From Naegleria gruberi (taxonomy: Eukaryota): a DNA stretch of 64,000 nt. Location of the stretch: NCBI GenBank assembly GCA_000004985.1, contig GG738847.1; one strand, 5' to 3'. Each line of letters starts with the position of its first letter. Position 1 is the first letter of the stretch. The position numbers were made by a program, and so were the translations under genes. Of this stretch, positions 11,094 to 22,309 are shown one piece after another. Below the pieces are notes generated by a model. It saw only the letters and a program-made list of their open reading frames with translations. It did not search any database and was not told the origin of the DNA.

Positions 11094-13172
11094 TCATGAT
11101 TTATTTAAAAACTGATCTACTTGAAGCAATTTTCCAATAGTAAGACAAATATTCATTAATGTATCATATTTAGCACACAAAGACTCTGTAATTCCCATAT
11201 TTTCTCTCGATTCACACAATAAAAGTCCTTCAGAAATTAAAGAACTCTGTAATGGTGTTAAGGTTTCTTTGGATACAAGCAGGTGTTGAAGTGTCATTGC
11301 TGTCTCCTTTTGCATGGGTGTATTAGTAAATGAAACCAGCATGCTATTGTTGTTTTGCAAGTGAAGAGAAGTTTCCAAACATCTAGAAGATGACACAACA
11401 CCTCCGCTATTATTTGTTAAATTGGAAATGATTTGAACTGTCAATGACTCATAGGTTCGAGAAACAATGTCTATTAACTTTCCAAGTTGTGGAACAGCAG
11501 AATGAAAATTCATCTTTACATAGTTCAATATCCTAATTAATTTACACTCGAAATAACACCCTCCTGAAACAGTAGCTATTGTTGGAAGGGAAGGATCCTG
11601 TGTTAAAAACTTGAATGAATTTGCCAGATATTTCAGCAATTTGTAAAATAGGTTTTTGAAAAATTCTGCCAAAGATTCCATTGGTGCTCTAATTATTACG
11701 CTCGAAATATTTGCCTGATGAATTGGTTCAATGGAGAGAAGCTTGTTGGTTTGTGTGAATGGTATTTCTCTAAAGTTTTTACATTGAAAAACGTGTCCAC
11801 TGGGTACTTGGTCTTTCTGTAATTTTCCAAAATAGATCAATTCGTGCACCTTCCTACTCTCATTATATCTTGTAAGGGTATGAATAGTGAGAGGAATAAC
11901 TCGGAATGTCTCACAGACCATATCAATATCTGGAACATGATGGACACAAATAATGTCGTATTTGGTCAACTCAAAAAGTAAAAAATCATCAATAATATCC
12001 TCGAATATGACAACCTTAATATTATACTGTTGTAAAATTAATACAAATTGTTTTACATTAATTAACACCTCCTTCTGTAATGTGGAAATGTCTGACTCGA
12101 TATCTATTTGAATATTCTTATTGGATCTTTCAATTTGTTTGATAGCTATACAATTCATAATCATGTTTTGTTTCACATTGTATGATTTAGGATAAATATA
12201 TGAACATTCTCCAACTAGTATTCCTGGCAATACTTTGGTATTATTTTCTGTTGGTGCAAGAGGAATAGCATTCACAAAGAAATCGAACAACTTTCTATCT
12301 TTGGAGAGTTTGTAAATTGTTTCAGTTTCCAGTGAGAGTAGCCAATCCATCATTGTTTTAGAAAGGGTGTGAGCTATTTGATTATTTACATGTGGCACCA
12401 GAAAGGAGAAACACAAATTGTAGGTTTTTTGTACTTCCTCAAATGGATCAAAGCAGTCATCAATTAATTCATTCAAAATTACATTTGGTAATAAGATCTG
12501 AACAAAATAATTGATTGCCATACTGAGCTCCTTTTGCATTTTCATCCTATTTCTACTTGTAGAAATATTTTCAAACTCCTTTCGCATAATTGAGTACATT
12601 CTATTCAAACAATAAATAAAAACACCCGATTGATCCTCCACAGCACTCACATGTTTTGAAATCAATTCCTGAATCAACAAGAAACTATATTCCTCCGAAA
12701 GTTGTCCATTCGATTGAGAAATTACCTTTTTCTTCTCTCGAATCTCACTCTTCTTTTGATCAATCCTCTCCTTAAACACACCCACCATAAAGTGAGCACT
12801 CTTTGATATATGAAATTGGTTTGGAAAATTCGGATGTTGAACCATTTTCGATTTTCCCACCACTGGTCCAATCAAACCCTCAATATGTACACAAAGTGTT
12901 TCCAGCAAACTTTTATCCAAACTAGAATCCAATCCACTCAAATAAACAATAGCACTTTCACCATTATTCATCATTATTTCCTTCTCTGTGTATTTTCTAT
13001 TAGTTTTAATCCAATCATTTCTTTCATCATCGGAATGATTAAATTCTTCTTCTTCATCATCAATATCAGCAGCAACAGTATGAGAAGTATTGAGTAAGGA
13101 AAATGAGTCCTCCTCCTCGTTTGAGTGTTGATTCATTTTTTTGTATTCTCCATAATTTTGGCATACAACCAA
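11094..13172 (-). CDS. Divergent group-II chaperonin-like protein (CCT/TCP-1 fold). Most likely a BBS-type chaperonin-like protein of the MKKS/BBS10/BBS12 class.
   Basis: Apical-domain-like segment VVIFEDIIDDFLLFELTKYDIICVHH. C-terminal VSGGCYFE corresponds to the chaperonin VPGGGA.E motif. The canonical GDGTT ATP motif is not evident, which is typical of BBS chaperonin-like proteins. Confidence 0.45.
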   Translation of the reverse strand: MVVCQNYGEYKKMNQHSNEEEDSFSLLNTSHTVAADIDDEEEEFNHSDDERNDWIKTNRKYTEKEIMMNNGESAIVYLSGLDSSLDKSLLETLCVHIEGLIGPVVGKSKMVQHPNFPNQFHISKSAHFMVGVFKERIDQKKSEIREKKKVISQSNGQLSEEYSFLLIQELISKHVSAVEDQSGVFIYCLNRMYSIMRKEFENISTSRNRMKMQKELSMAINYFVQILLPNVILNELIDDCFDPFEEVQKTYNLCFSFLVPHVNNQIAHTLSKTMMDWLLSLETETIYKLSKDRKLFDFFVNAIPLAPTENNTKVLPGILVGECSYIYPKSYNVKQNMIMNCIAIKQIERSNKNIQIDIESDISTLQKEVLINVKQFVLILQQYNIKVVIFEDIIDDFLLFELTKYDIICVHHVPDIDMVCETFRVIPLTIHTLTRYNESRKVHELIYFGKLQKDQVPSGHVFQCKNFREIPFTQTNKLLSIEPIHQANISSVIIRAPMESLAEFFKNLFYKLLKYLANSFKFLTQDPSLPTIATVSGGCYFECKLIRILNYVKMNFHSAVPQLGKLIDIVSRTYESLTVQIISNLTNNSGGVVSSSRCLETSLHLQNNNSMLVSFTNTPMQKETAMTLQHLLVSKETLTPLQSSLISEGLLLCESRENMGITESLCAKYDTLMNICLTIGKLLQVDQFLNKS

Positions 13173-13260
13173 CTATTTAACTTTATTGTAAACTATTTAA
13201 ATATTATAATACTTACTATTTAAAAACCAGTGCCAAATATATTAAAGCAAAATGATTTAT

Positions 13261-14769
13261 TTAAAACAATCCACCATAAGCTTCCTCATCTTCACAATCA
13301 TCATATTCACATTCATATTGAGCCTTAGCTTCCTTCTTTGAAACTTTCAATGCCACACTTGCACTCTTTGAAACAACCTTCTTGTAACTCTCAGAAATTC
13401 CGTGCTTTTCCAATTCTGAACGTTGATGAACAGCTTGTGTGTACAATTGTTCAACAATTCCGTACTGATCCTTCTCAACGAGTTCCTTATATTTCTCCTC
13501 GATTTGTTTGGCCAATTCCAAAGCTTTTTCAGAGTTGTGTTGTTCTAATAATTGGTTGAATTGAACTTGGAGATCGGCAATGGAGAGGATGGAATTTTGG
13601 ACGGTAAAGTCATTTCTTTCGGCACTGGTTTCATAAAGTTTCAATTGAGTGGAGAGTTCACTAGTGTTGGAGGCAAATCTTGTGTGAATGTAATTGACAC
13701 TCTTGACAATTTGTTCATCAGTGTTACTAATGTAGGAATAGTCAACTTTCAACATTGGTAAACCATTATTCGAATCTAATTGTTTAAGGGCTTCTAAGGT
13801 TGCTGAATTTTGTGGATTGTAAACTAAAACACCCTCAATAAAACGCAAATCTCTACAAAATAATCCACCAAGAGAAACTCCACTAATAAGTGAATTCAAA
13901 TCTGACTTTCTATTAAATGATTTGACAGTTACTCCATTCAATCCAGAAACTGTCACATTAAACTTTTTACCAATTTGATACTTGTACTTTTTAAGTGATC
14001 TTTCGAATGCATCTTTGGCATAGGTTTCGTCTTCCAAATAATAATACTCTCCTTTACCAGTTCTAGCAATTGCTTGAAGCCACAATTCATCATAATCACT
14101 TCCAACACCATATGAAGAGATGTGAATTTGATCATCTTTTCCTTCAGAATAATCTTTCAATTTCTTCAATAATCCAGAACCAAAAATGTTTAAATTAGTT
14201 TCGCCAACATTACATTGACCATCTGAGAAGAAGGCAATCAATTTAGTTCCAGGAGCATTTGAATTATGAAGCAAATCAACAGCAGAATGCAAAGCAGAGG
14301 CAATATTAGTACTTCCCTCAGTACTAATCTTATCAATATCATTCAAGTTGACTGATTCCTTATTCTTTTCTGTAAAAACAGTTTTTGGACTATCACTATA
14401 TGTGATCAAGTGAATAGTATCCTTGTAGGTTAAGAAATTGGTGACCAATTCACGAATAGCAGATTTACAGGCAGTCAATTTAGATCCCTTCGATCTATTC
14501 TTTAAAGGTTCATCCATGGAACCAGAAATATCCAAAACTAGACAAATATTTACAGGAGTTTTCAAGACATTGGTTGTTTCTGCTTCTTCTTCTTGTGGTG
14601 GTAAATTACCTGATAGCAATCGAACAAGGAATGGAATTTCGCATTGAACACCAATTTGATCGGTTGGTAAGTGACCAGCATCGATTTGAACACTTAAATT
14701 GACACTTTGTGGGGCAAAGTTGGACAAGAGAGTTTCGAATTTTTGAAGAGCACTTTCAGATACTTTCAT
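13261..14769 (-). CDS. von Willebrand factor A (vWA) domain protein with a coiled-coil, acidic C-terminus.
   Basis: MIDAS motif LVLDISGSM followed by vWA secondary-structure pattern. 502-aa ORF. Confidence 0.55.
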   Translation of the reverse strand: MKVSESALQKFETLLSNFAPQSVNLSVQIDAGHLPTDQIGVQCEIPFLVRLLSGNLPPQEEEAETTNVLKTPVNICLVLDISGSMDEPLKNRSKGSKLTACKSAIRELVTNFLTYKDTIHLITYSDSPKTVFTEKNKESVNLNDIDKISTEGSTNIASALHSAVDLLHNSNAPGTKLIAFFSDGQCNVGETNLNIFGSGLLKKLKDYSEGKDDQIHISSYGVGSDYDELWLQAIARTGKGEYYYLEDETYAKDAFERSLKKYKYQIGKKFNVTVSGLNGVTVKSFNRKSDLNSLISGVSLGGLFCRDLRFIEGVLVYNPQNSATLEALKQLDSNNGLPMLKVDYSYISNTDEQIVKSVNYIHTRFASNTSELSTQLKLYETSAERNDFTVQNSILSIADLQVQFNQLLEQHNSEKALELAKQIEEKYKELVEKDQYGIVEQLYTQAVHQRSELEKHGISESYKKVVSKSASVALKVSKKEAKAQYECEYDDCEDEEAYGGLF

Positions 14770-15171
14770 TTTTTGATCAAGAGATTGATTGTAATGTGAA
14801 GGAGGAGAAGAATAAATTGTTTGATTTTTTTTGGTTTGGAAGTGGTGTTGATCAACGATTTTTAAATAGCTCAGGAAAGTGGTGAAGTGTGAGTTCCAAG
14901 TTCGAAATTGAAAAGGATTTTCAAAGTTGGATTTTATTCAATTCAGAAATTGTTACTAGTTTACAATGAACTTACTAATCATTTTTCCTCACTTTATATG
15001 ATGGAACACTTGTAAATGATTTGAAGTAAACAATAGTTTGTTTATTATCATTCTAATACGGTCTATAAATTTCTAATAAAATTCTTTAAAAGAGTCTCAA
15101 TAATCTGTTTTGATTGTTTGAAACTTTTCAATCAAGCTCATTTCAAATATTATGTTTGAATCTTCAAGTCT

Positions 15172-15912
15172 CTACAATGATGATTTCAATTCCAATATAT
15201 CACATCTGAATTCTTCTAAAATTTCGTTAATTTGTTCAATAAGTTCTGATTCACGGACTATAAACTTTTTCAAATCTTCCAATAAGAGAGTCAACTTGGC
15301 ACCCCCAAGTTCCTCTTCATCTTGGTGATTGTGTCTACACTTTTCGTCATGATCACAAGCCAATTTCTTCTTTTCCTCCTCAACAAATTGTTCAACTTTT
15401 TGAATATTAATTGTCTAAATCATTTCCAGAATTGTCATAATATGATCATAATTAAATTTGCCTTCCAATAAATTATTTACAATATAAAACTCACAATTTG
15501 AAGTTTTTCTCTCTCCAAATTTTGTAATTGATCAATTAATCCACTATATTTCTCATCTCCAATTTCCTTCAATTCTTTTTGTGCTTGTCTGATGGTCAAG
15601 GAAATTTCCTGAAACTCCATTGTTGTACTTTCCACAACTCTGTTGTATTTTAATATTTCCATCTTGTCATTTGGATTAGCCTTGAATGATTTGAAAGAGC
15701 TGAGCAATAATCACAACAATAACACAATCATGATCGGATTAATTGATGATCAGATGATAATTAATAATAATACGTTCCGAAGATGTTGGTTTTTGATTGA
15801 ATGATAATACAAACCTATCGAATGTCTTGTAAGCCAAAATTCTTTCATCTTGTGCGTCCATCACCTTCTTGAGAAGGTTTAACAAGATAGTGGCATCTGA
15901 TGATGAAGACAT
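15172..15912 (-). CDS. Small coiled-coil protein of about 181 aa, three exons: 15815..15912, 15495..15699, 15172..15414. Hypothetical.
   Basis: ATG is the reverse complement at 15910-15912. Intron 1 is 115 nt with a GTTTGT donor; intron 2 is 80 nt with a GTGAGT donor. Exon phases are consistent (2, 0). The C-terminal exon has a C..H..C.H.H cluster (LACDHDEKCRHNH). Confidence 0.45.
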
Positions 15913-16029
15913 TTTTTTGATTCTATTTTAAACTGTGCATTTCCCAAGTCATTGGCAGTATTAAACTGTCAAATAAGCCAAGATTGCTTGACTAAGGATT
16001 TTGAGATACTGTTAAATTTTATCAACAAA

Positions 16030-16213
16030 GACTCACAATCAGAAATACATCTCGATAATAGTCATCCAACTGAATTAGGTATGGGAGAAAGCACAAGTTC
16101 AATCTTAGTAGAAACTCAAGAATAACACTTCACACAAGTCTTCCAATTATCATCAATTTCTAAAGCAAGTCATCCCTAAAAGAACACAACTCTTCAACTC
16201 ACAATCAGAAATT
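16030..16213. repeat. 16-nt exact direct repeat ACTCACAATCAGAAAT at 16030-16045 and 16198-16213, inside an ORF-poor 0.8-kb island.
   Basis: Read directly from the sequence. A chance 16-mer recurrence within 200 bp is unlikely. Confidence 0.6.
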
Positions 16214-16725
16214 GATACGAAAATTCACACCATTACAACTCCTGTATCATTAGAAACATTAACAACGACTGAAGATTGTTGCTTGGCAGCTGCTTCTTCA
16301 TCATCTAATTCTATTATTGAGAAGTTACTCTTAACTGATGCTGAAGCTATTAAGAAATCTATTATTTAATTATGAGTGATAGACGGTGGGCATGGACTGA
16401 GGTGAACAATAGTCAATTCACAAACAGGCCTATCTATTTCCACAACAGCTCCATATTAAAAAACTTTAATAATTTAATTCATTCCTCTTAACCTAACAGA
16501 TCAATGAGTGATTGTGTTTTGGCCAGTGAGTTCTTAAGAAATATTAATATCTAAAGATTGGTTTGAGAATTGTCTGATTTTGCCCTTTTGTTGGTAGGTA
16601 CACTAGCAGTCTTTCTTTTTCTTATGGGAGGTTTCCTTAATTTTAATTGTTTGATTGAGTTAGTAGAATCAAGTTTAACATCTTGTGAGCTTGACTTTAT
16701 TAAATACAAAAAACTCTCTCGAAAA

Positions 16726-17430
16726 TTAATTCTTTGCCCTGGCATATTTCTTAAGCATAGTTTCAGGCACACGAAGTCCATTGGCTACGTGCCAATCTGC
16801 TAATTCCTTGTTAGTTAAAACAGTATAAGCTTCCGATATCAAAGTCATTTTCTTTACACATTCTTCACATCCAGGATTACGATCAGGATGCCACTTTTTT
16901 GTTTGTTCTCTGTGGGCTCTCTTGATAACCTTGGCATTGGCATTTCGTGGTACTTCCAAAAGTTGATAATAATCAATTTCCTCTAAATCGTGTACAGTTT
17001 GGAAGAAGAATACATTTTCTGTTAACTTGAGATAAGCAACAAAGGCAATCATGGCAATAATGATGGTCATCATTACTTGAGCAAAACTGAGTTTCAAATA
17101 ACGATTTCCAAAATAGAAACAACAACAGAAAACTTTGTAAGATGTTGAAGCATCTTCATCTCCTTCCTTCTTTGCTTTAGAAAATCCACCTCCGATTCTT
17201 TTTCTCTTAATTCCGTGAGGATGATAAGTGATACTATTTTCAAATGCCATGTTTTTAGCATGATTTGGATCTACAGCTTGTGAGTAGGCTTGAGCATCAT
17301 CAGATATGAGTGTACGAGCTGTTTCGTGAAATAAACGGTCTTCCAATATGACGTGTAATTTTTGTTCCTTGAGAATGGCATCCTCATCAGTGGCTCCCGA
17401 TGATTGTATTTCCTTCTTCGTTTTGGCCAT
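16726..17430 (-). CDS. J-domain (DnaJ) membrane protein, DNAJC25-like.
   Basis: J-domain with HPD motif (DYYQLLEVPRNANAKVIKRAHREQTKKWHPDRNP) preceded by a hydrophobic transmembrane segment. 234 aa. Confidence 0.65.
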   Translation of the reverse strand: MAKTKKEIQSSGATDEDAILKEQKLHVILEDRLFHETARTLISDDAQAYSQAVDPNHAKNMAFENSITYHPHGIKRKRIGGGFSKAKKEGDEDASTSYKVFCCCFYFGNRYLKLSFAQVMMTIIIAMIAFVAYLKLTENVFFFQTVHDLEEIDYYQLLEVPRNANAKVIKRAHREQTKKWHPDRNPGCEECVKKMTLISEAYTVLTNKELADWHVANGLRVPETMLKKYARAKN

Positions 17431-17523
17431 TTTTTTAAATTTATTTTTTGATTTTTTTTAAAATTAAGAAATTAATGCAATCAGATCGTTATGAATGTAT
17501 TCACTCAATTAGTATTGAAAAAT

Positions 17524-19386
17524 TTATTCCTTCTTATTCTCAATTGAGACATTAACACAATGCCAAGTATTATTGAGAATTCCTCTAATATTCCAAATAC
17601 TCTTAACATCTTCAGGTTGTACATTGTAAGCTGTATCAACTGCCTTGGAGCAGAGTTTAAGTTTTCCTTCCGTAATGTCCTTTTCAGAGAGTGGAACTTC
17701 AACTTGCCACAATGTCCATCCATAATTTCTATTATATTTGAGTGGTTCTCTTTCTAATTGAGCTGTATGCCAAGTAGTTCCATTATCTGTTGTAATGTCA
17801 ACTCTTTCAATACCATTTCCAGAACCTGCCAAGGCATAACCCTTCACAACTATGGTTTCAGAATCAGATGCAATTCTAGAATCTGGCGAAGGAACACAGA
17901 TTGCTGATTGAACTGGAGCATCATGAACTGCACTTGATTTGGAAAAGTCTGCATTATCCCAATCTGTAGATGGTGAAAATGTTTTGTAATCTTTTTGTTG
18001 CCATACAGATTGACTCTCTTGTTCAGACAAGATAATTTTGGATAACCATTTGACATTTCTTGCACCAATAGCTCCTGGTACAATGGCTCTGATTGGGAAA
18101 CCATGATCAATTGGGATATCTTCTCCATTCATTTTGAATGCCAACAAGACATCTGCCTTATTAGATAAGGCTCTATCTGCTGGAATTGAAGTGGCATATG
18201 TGGAAATTCCATCAGTATCAGCTCCAACAAATTCTACATGTTTGACTTTTCCATCTTGTAAAATCTTATCCTCAGTAATTCCATAGGCCTCCAAAATATC
18301 GACAAGTTTAACACCAGTCCACATGGCATTACCAACTGCTGCATTGGTCCAACCGAGACCTCTTGGTGCCTTGTAGCAAGACATTTCAGTTCTTCTATTA
18401 CCAGCACATTGCAAGGCAACAGTTAAGGTGTGTTGTTTGAATTTTTCACCATTCTTCAAATCATCTAAAGTGAGTTTAATTGGACCATCTTTCAAAGTTT
18501 CACCAGTAATTTCCAAAACATAGGTTGATGGATCAATACTTGGCACTGGTAAATGGTTTCTAATAAAGAATAACTCATTTGGAGTAATGTACTTATCACA
18601 AAGGAGAGTAGGTGGAGTTTCAGCATTGAATGGCTTTTGCATATTCACAACAAGAATTGGATTTCTTGCAGGATCATTGGCATAAATATCATTGGAATTA
18701 CTTTTCTGTTGCTCAAATTGTTCTTTCAGCTTTTTGGCATCTTCTGGATGTAATTCTCCAATCTTATACTGAGACAATATCTCATAAACTTCCTTAGTGT
18801 GATGCTGTCTGTAAATTTCCCAGAATGGTTCAATGGATTTACCAGCGGCTAACATAATCTTGTCGGTGCCACCAGGGTGGCCTTCAATAAACTCTGTGAC
18901 ATTATAGACACCTCCTTTAAAGATAACCCAAATACCATTTTGAAGAGAGTTATGATTTGCAACTTGATCCAAAGTAAAATATTGAGTATTTTCCAAATTG
19001 CTTTCTTGTGTTGCTTCCTCTTCTGCATTGATGTAAACAATTAAATTATTGTCATCTGACTTGAGCAGTGTTGCTCCGACAGTTCCAATCGATGCAAACA
19101 AAATCAATGCTAACAACGACTTGGGAATATTAAATTGTGGTAATTTTTCATTAGAGGATGACGATTTGTATTCTTGATGTTGCTTTTGTGAGTATGAAAA
19201 GTGTCTATTGCTATTATTATTATTATTAACAACTAACAAATTGGTATTTTGAACTGATGATTTAGTGCTCCTGTAAGTTGTTATTGTGGATGACCCTTGA
19301 GCTATTTTCAAAAGATTGGAAGCGTGGTGATGATTCTTTCGGAAGCAGGATTGAATCGAGCTTAGTTTTGGTATTAATTTCGACAT
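17524..19386 (-). CDS. SUOX: Sulfite oxidase, mitochondrial type: N-terminal cytochrome b5 haem domain, molybdopterin domain and dimerisation domain.
   Basis: Cytochrome b5 motif HPGGTDKIMLAAGKSIEPFWEIY. Conserved Moco-domain blocks (ALQCAGNRRTEM, GNAMWTGV). The N-terminus looks like a basic mitochondrial presequence. 620 aa. Confidence 0.85.
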   Translation of the reverse strand: MSKLIPKLSSIQSCFRKNHHHASNLLKIAQGSSTITTYRSTKSSVQNTNLLVVNNNNNSNRHFSYSQKQHQEYKSSSSNEKLPQFNIPKSLLALILFASIGTVGATLLKSDDNNLIVYINAEEEATQESNLENTQYFTLDQVANHNSLQNGIWVIFKGGVYNVTEFIEGHPGGTDKIMLAAGKSIEPFWEIYRQHHTKEVYEILSQYKIGELHPEDAKKLKEQFEQQKSNSNDIYANDPARNPILVVNMQKPFNAETPPTLLCDKYITPNELFFIRNHLPVPSIDPSTYVLEITGETLKDGPIKLTLDDLKNGEKFKQHTLTVALQCAGNRRTEMSCYKAPRGLGWTNAAVGNAMWTGVKLVDILEAYGITEDKILQDGKVKHVEFVGADTDGISTYATSIPADRALSNKADVLLAFKMNGEDIPIDHGFPIRAIVPGAIGARNVKWLSKIILSEQESQSVWQQKDYKTFSPSTDWDNADFSKSSAVHDAPVQSAICVPSPDSRIASDSETIVVKGYALAGSGNGIERVDITTDNGTTWHTAQLEREPLKYNRNYGWTLWQVEVPLSEKDITEGKLKLCSKAVDTAYNVQPEDVKSIWNIRGILNNTWHCVNVSIENKKE

Positions 19387-19592
19387 TTTTTTGTGGCTGA
19401 AATATGTTTGGTGGATAATTGGTCGAGAACATGTTTTGGTATCAGAGACAGAAATTACAATAATGTGCGTTTAAAGAAATTATTGTAATAAGGAAATGAT
19501 TGACTTGTTTCAAGTTACTAACATTATCAAATATGGAGCTCTACAACATGTTGTTGCTAGGCCTTCTGAAAAAACAAAAACACAAAAGAAAT

Positions 19593-19666
19593 TACCGACA
19601 ATGGGGCTCGAACCCACGACCCCAGGATTAGAAGTCCTGTGCTCTATCCAACTGAGCTATGACGGC
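19593..19666 (-). tRNA. tRNA-Arg, anticodon TCT.
   Basis: The reverse complement folds as a cloverleaf (GCCGTCATAGCTCAGTTGGATAGAGC...CTTCTAA loop...GGTTCGAGCCCCA). One T:T mismatch sits at acceptor pair 5:68. A downstream T-run follows in the transcribed sense. The anticodon matches the AGA-rich codon usage. Confidence 0.8.
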
Positions 19667-19772
19667 TTGCGGATCAAAAAGAAAATATTTCTAATAAATT
19701 TACAAAGAATTGTCTTGAAACCGTTACGGATTTGAAAAACAGAGAGAAATAACAGTAATCATATTAAAAAAA

Positions 19773-22039
19773 ATGAGCAACGTTTTGGTAGAATACTCGC
19801 TTAGTAAATCAATGTAAGTTTGATGAAAAACACGAAAGCCTTAATGTTATAATAAGCGATGCAAAATTAGAGGAGCATAGAAAAAAGCTGGCTAAGCATA
19901 AGGAATGGCTATTATCTGATAGCCAAAGATCTCCCAGACCATCTTCAGATTCATCATTCAACGTGGATTTATCTTCACAAAGAAAGATTAAGAACATTGA
20001 TGGTAGGTATTGTAAATTTTTCAACAAAACCTCAACAACAACAAAAAGATGGAGAAAGTGTGGAAGCAATCATCAACAAGTTGAAATTAAATGCCTCTGC
20101 AATTTCAGACTCCGACGACGAGAATGAAGGATCTCTCTCTTCGCGATCCAGAAACTCTGGAAGGGGGGAACCTATTGAGGAGAAGCTTATACAAAAAGGA
20201 AAGGAAATGGAAGACAAAAAGGAACAGCTAAGGGATAGGTACTTTAGTGAGGTATGTGTGTTATTACTAATTTTGTTGATTATTGATATCTTTTCCGAAT
20301 AGAATACCTTCCAGCCAAATATAAGTGATTTATCTAGGAGAATAGCAAAGTAAGTTCACCAATTTGAAATGCATTAAGGTGATTAACATGATTTCAGTAA
20401 TAACTCTAATCTAATGGAAAGATTCGAGGAAAAGGAAAGATTAAGAAAAGATAATATTGAAAATCAAAGGCAAGAAATAAGTGAAGAGCTTTCTTTCAAG
20501 CCTGCGATTTCGAAATTAGGACAAAGTATGCGAGGAAGGGAGGATGTGAATGAAATCAATAGAGCTTGGGAAAGAGAACGAGATGAGAAGCTCAACAGAC
20601 TGAGAGAAATGAAAGAGGAGAAGGAAATGGTTGAAGAGGTTTTCAAACCAAAACTTAATCCTAGAACCCTTAAAATTATAAATAAGAAAAAAGCGAAAGA
20701 TAACAATTTGTCTCTTGAAGAATCTTTTGAAAGGAAGGAATTCTTGAGACAGCAACGAGTTGCAGAAATGACTGAAGATTATTTTGGACAAATTGCCCCA
20801 ATGACACCCAAGATTACAGCCCAGGCAGCTAAAATTATGAGAGATGGAAGTGTCACTGATCGTCTTTACCAATTGAGCTTTAAAATGAATGAGAAGAAGC
20901 AAGAAATTTCAATGCAACAATTAGAAGAAGAAAAGAGACTCTACGATTTCAATCCAAAGATTAACTTGACAGATATAGAAAGAGATGACACTGTATATGA
21001 AGACTTATTCCACAAGGAGGAACACTTTCGAATGAAGAGGTACGAAAGATTGGAAAAGTTGCTTGAAAGAGAGAATATGCTCCACTATCCAAAAATTAAT
21101 CCAGTTTCTGAAGAAATTGCTTCAAGACTTCCAGTTTCATCAAAGGAGAGACTTCTGATAAGACCAGAAAAGAAGGATTCACCAAACAAATTGAACCTTA
21201 GCTTTAAACCACAGATCAATGAAAAATCAAAATTAATTGAGGAAGAAAAACCAAGAAATGAAGATAGAATCACGCAACTGCTAAACTTTGAAAAGAAGAA
21301 GAAGCAAGCAATTGAGGAAAAGAGAAAAGAAAAGTGTGAAAAGGAAATGGAAGAATGCACTTTTAGACCATCCATTTCTGCAATCCCAAGTAAGAATCTT
21401 AACAAATCTTTCAACGATCGGGTTGTATCTTGGGACAATAAGAGGAAAGCCCGAATGGAAAAGGAAAGAAGAGAGAAATCTGTTCAAGAAATGAGAGAAT
21501 GTACTTTTAAACCAGTAATAGAAAGAATGAAGCCTGATGAATTTTCAAAGAGTATGGGAGAAGAGAGTGCAATTGAACCTGTTGGTTTTGATGATTTTGT
21601 TCAAAGACAAGTTGAGGCTCGTGAAAAGAAGAAGAATTCAGTTCGTGAAATCAAGTATGGAGAAAATTGGAAGAATGAAATTACAGTACCAAAGGAATTT
21701 ACATTCAACCAAAAAACCTCCCAAATCAAAGCTCTTCGTAAACCAATGACACCTCAAACATCTAAGATATTAGAATCTGAGGAAATAGACAGATTAGAAG
21801 AATCGTTTAATGACATTTATGACCAAAATTTATCAAATCTTGACACTTCAGATTTCCTTCCTCAAGGACTTTTCTCAACTAGAAGTACACATGGCTTTTT
21901 GGAATTTGCTTCCATACCTCAACCAACTCCAAGTGGATTGAAATTGGAAGACATTGCAGAAAGTAACGAATATGATAGTCACTTTGATTTGACATCTCCT
22001 TCTGATGAGTGGCTGAAGAGAAGCATGCTAAAAGAATAA
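19773..22039 (+). CDS. Coiled-coil protein with repeated F-K/R-P-x-I/L-N motifs (TPX2-like repeat units). Five exons: 19773..19813, 19857..20002, 20049..20251, 20303..20349, 20398..22039.
   Basis: Introns of 43, 46, 51 and 48 nt with GTAAGT/GTAGGT/GTATGT donors. All phases close. Repeated units include ECTFRPSISAIP, ECTFKPVIERMKP, LSFKPAISKL and VFKPKLNPRT. The TPX2-family assignment is tentative. Confidence 0.4.
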
Positions 22040-22300
22040 TTGTAGTTTTAATAAGAAATTCTTACAAAATAGTAAGGAATAAAAATGAATGGCGAAATTG
22101 TTTTTCAATCTCAGTAAACGTTGGTCAATCTCTTTGATAAGGAAATCATGATGGAAGGGTTTTTCACATTAGCCACCTTCCTCATCAACGATATTTGTTT
22201 GCCGTTGTTACAAAACACAACCCAATGCGGACAATGGCTGTGTAATCTTCATTTTAAAATTCTTTCTCCTCAACGGTAACTCATAAGAACGACAAAGTGC

Positions 22301-22309
22301 TTGGCGCCC
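22301..22309. promoter_or_regulatory. TTGGCGCCC GC-box about 165 bp upstream of the LCB2 start.
   Basis: A variant of the TTGGCGCCAA palindrome seen at 1797 and 1988. Confidence 0.2.

Noticed and set aside
16551-16803. ORFs 16551..16781 (-) and 16570..16803 (+) at the DnaJ 3' end.
   Set aside because: Both overlap the DnaJ CDS out of frame and have no recognisable features. They are treated as spurious.
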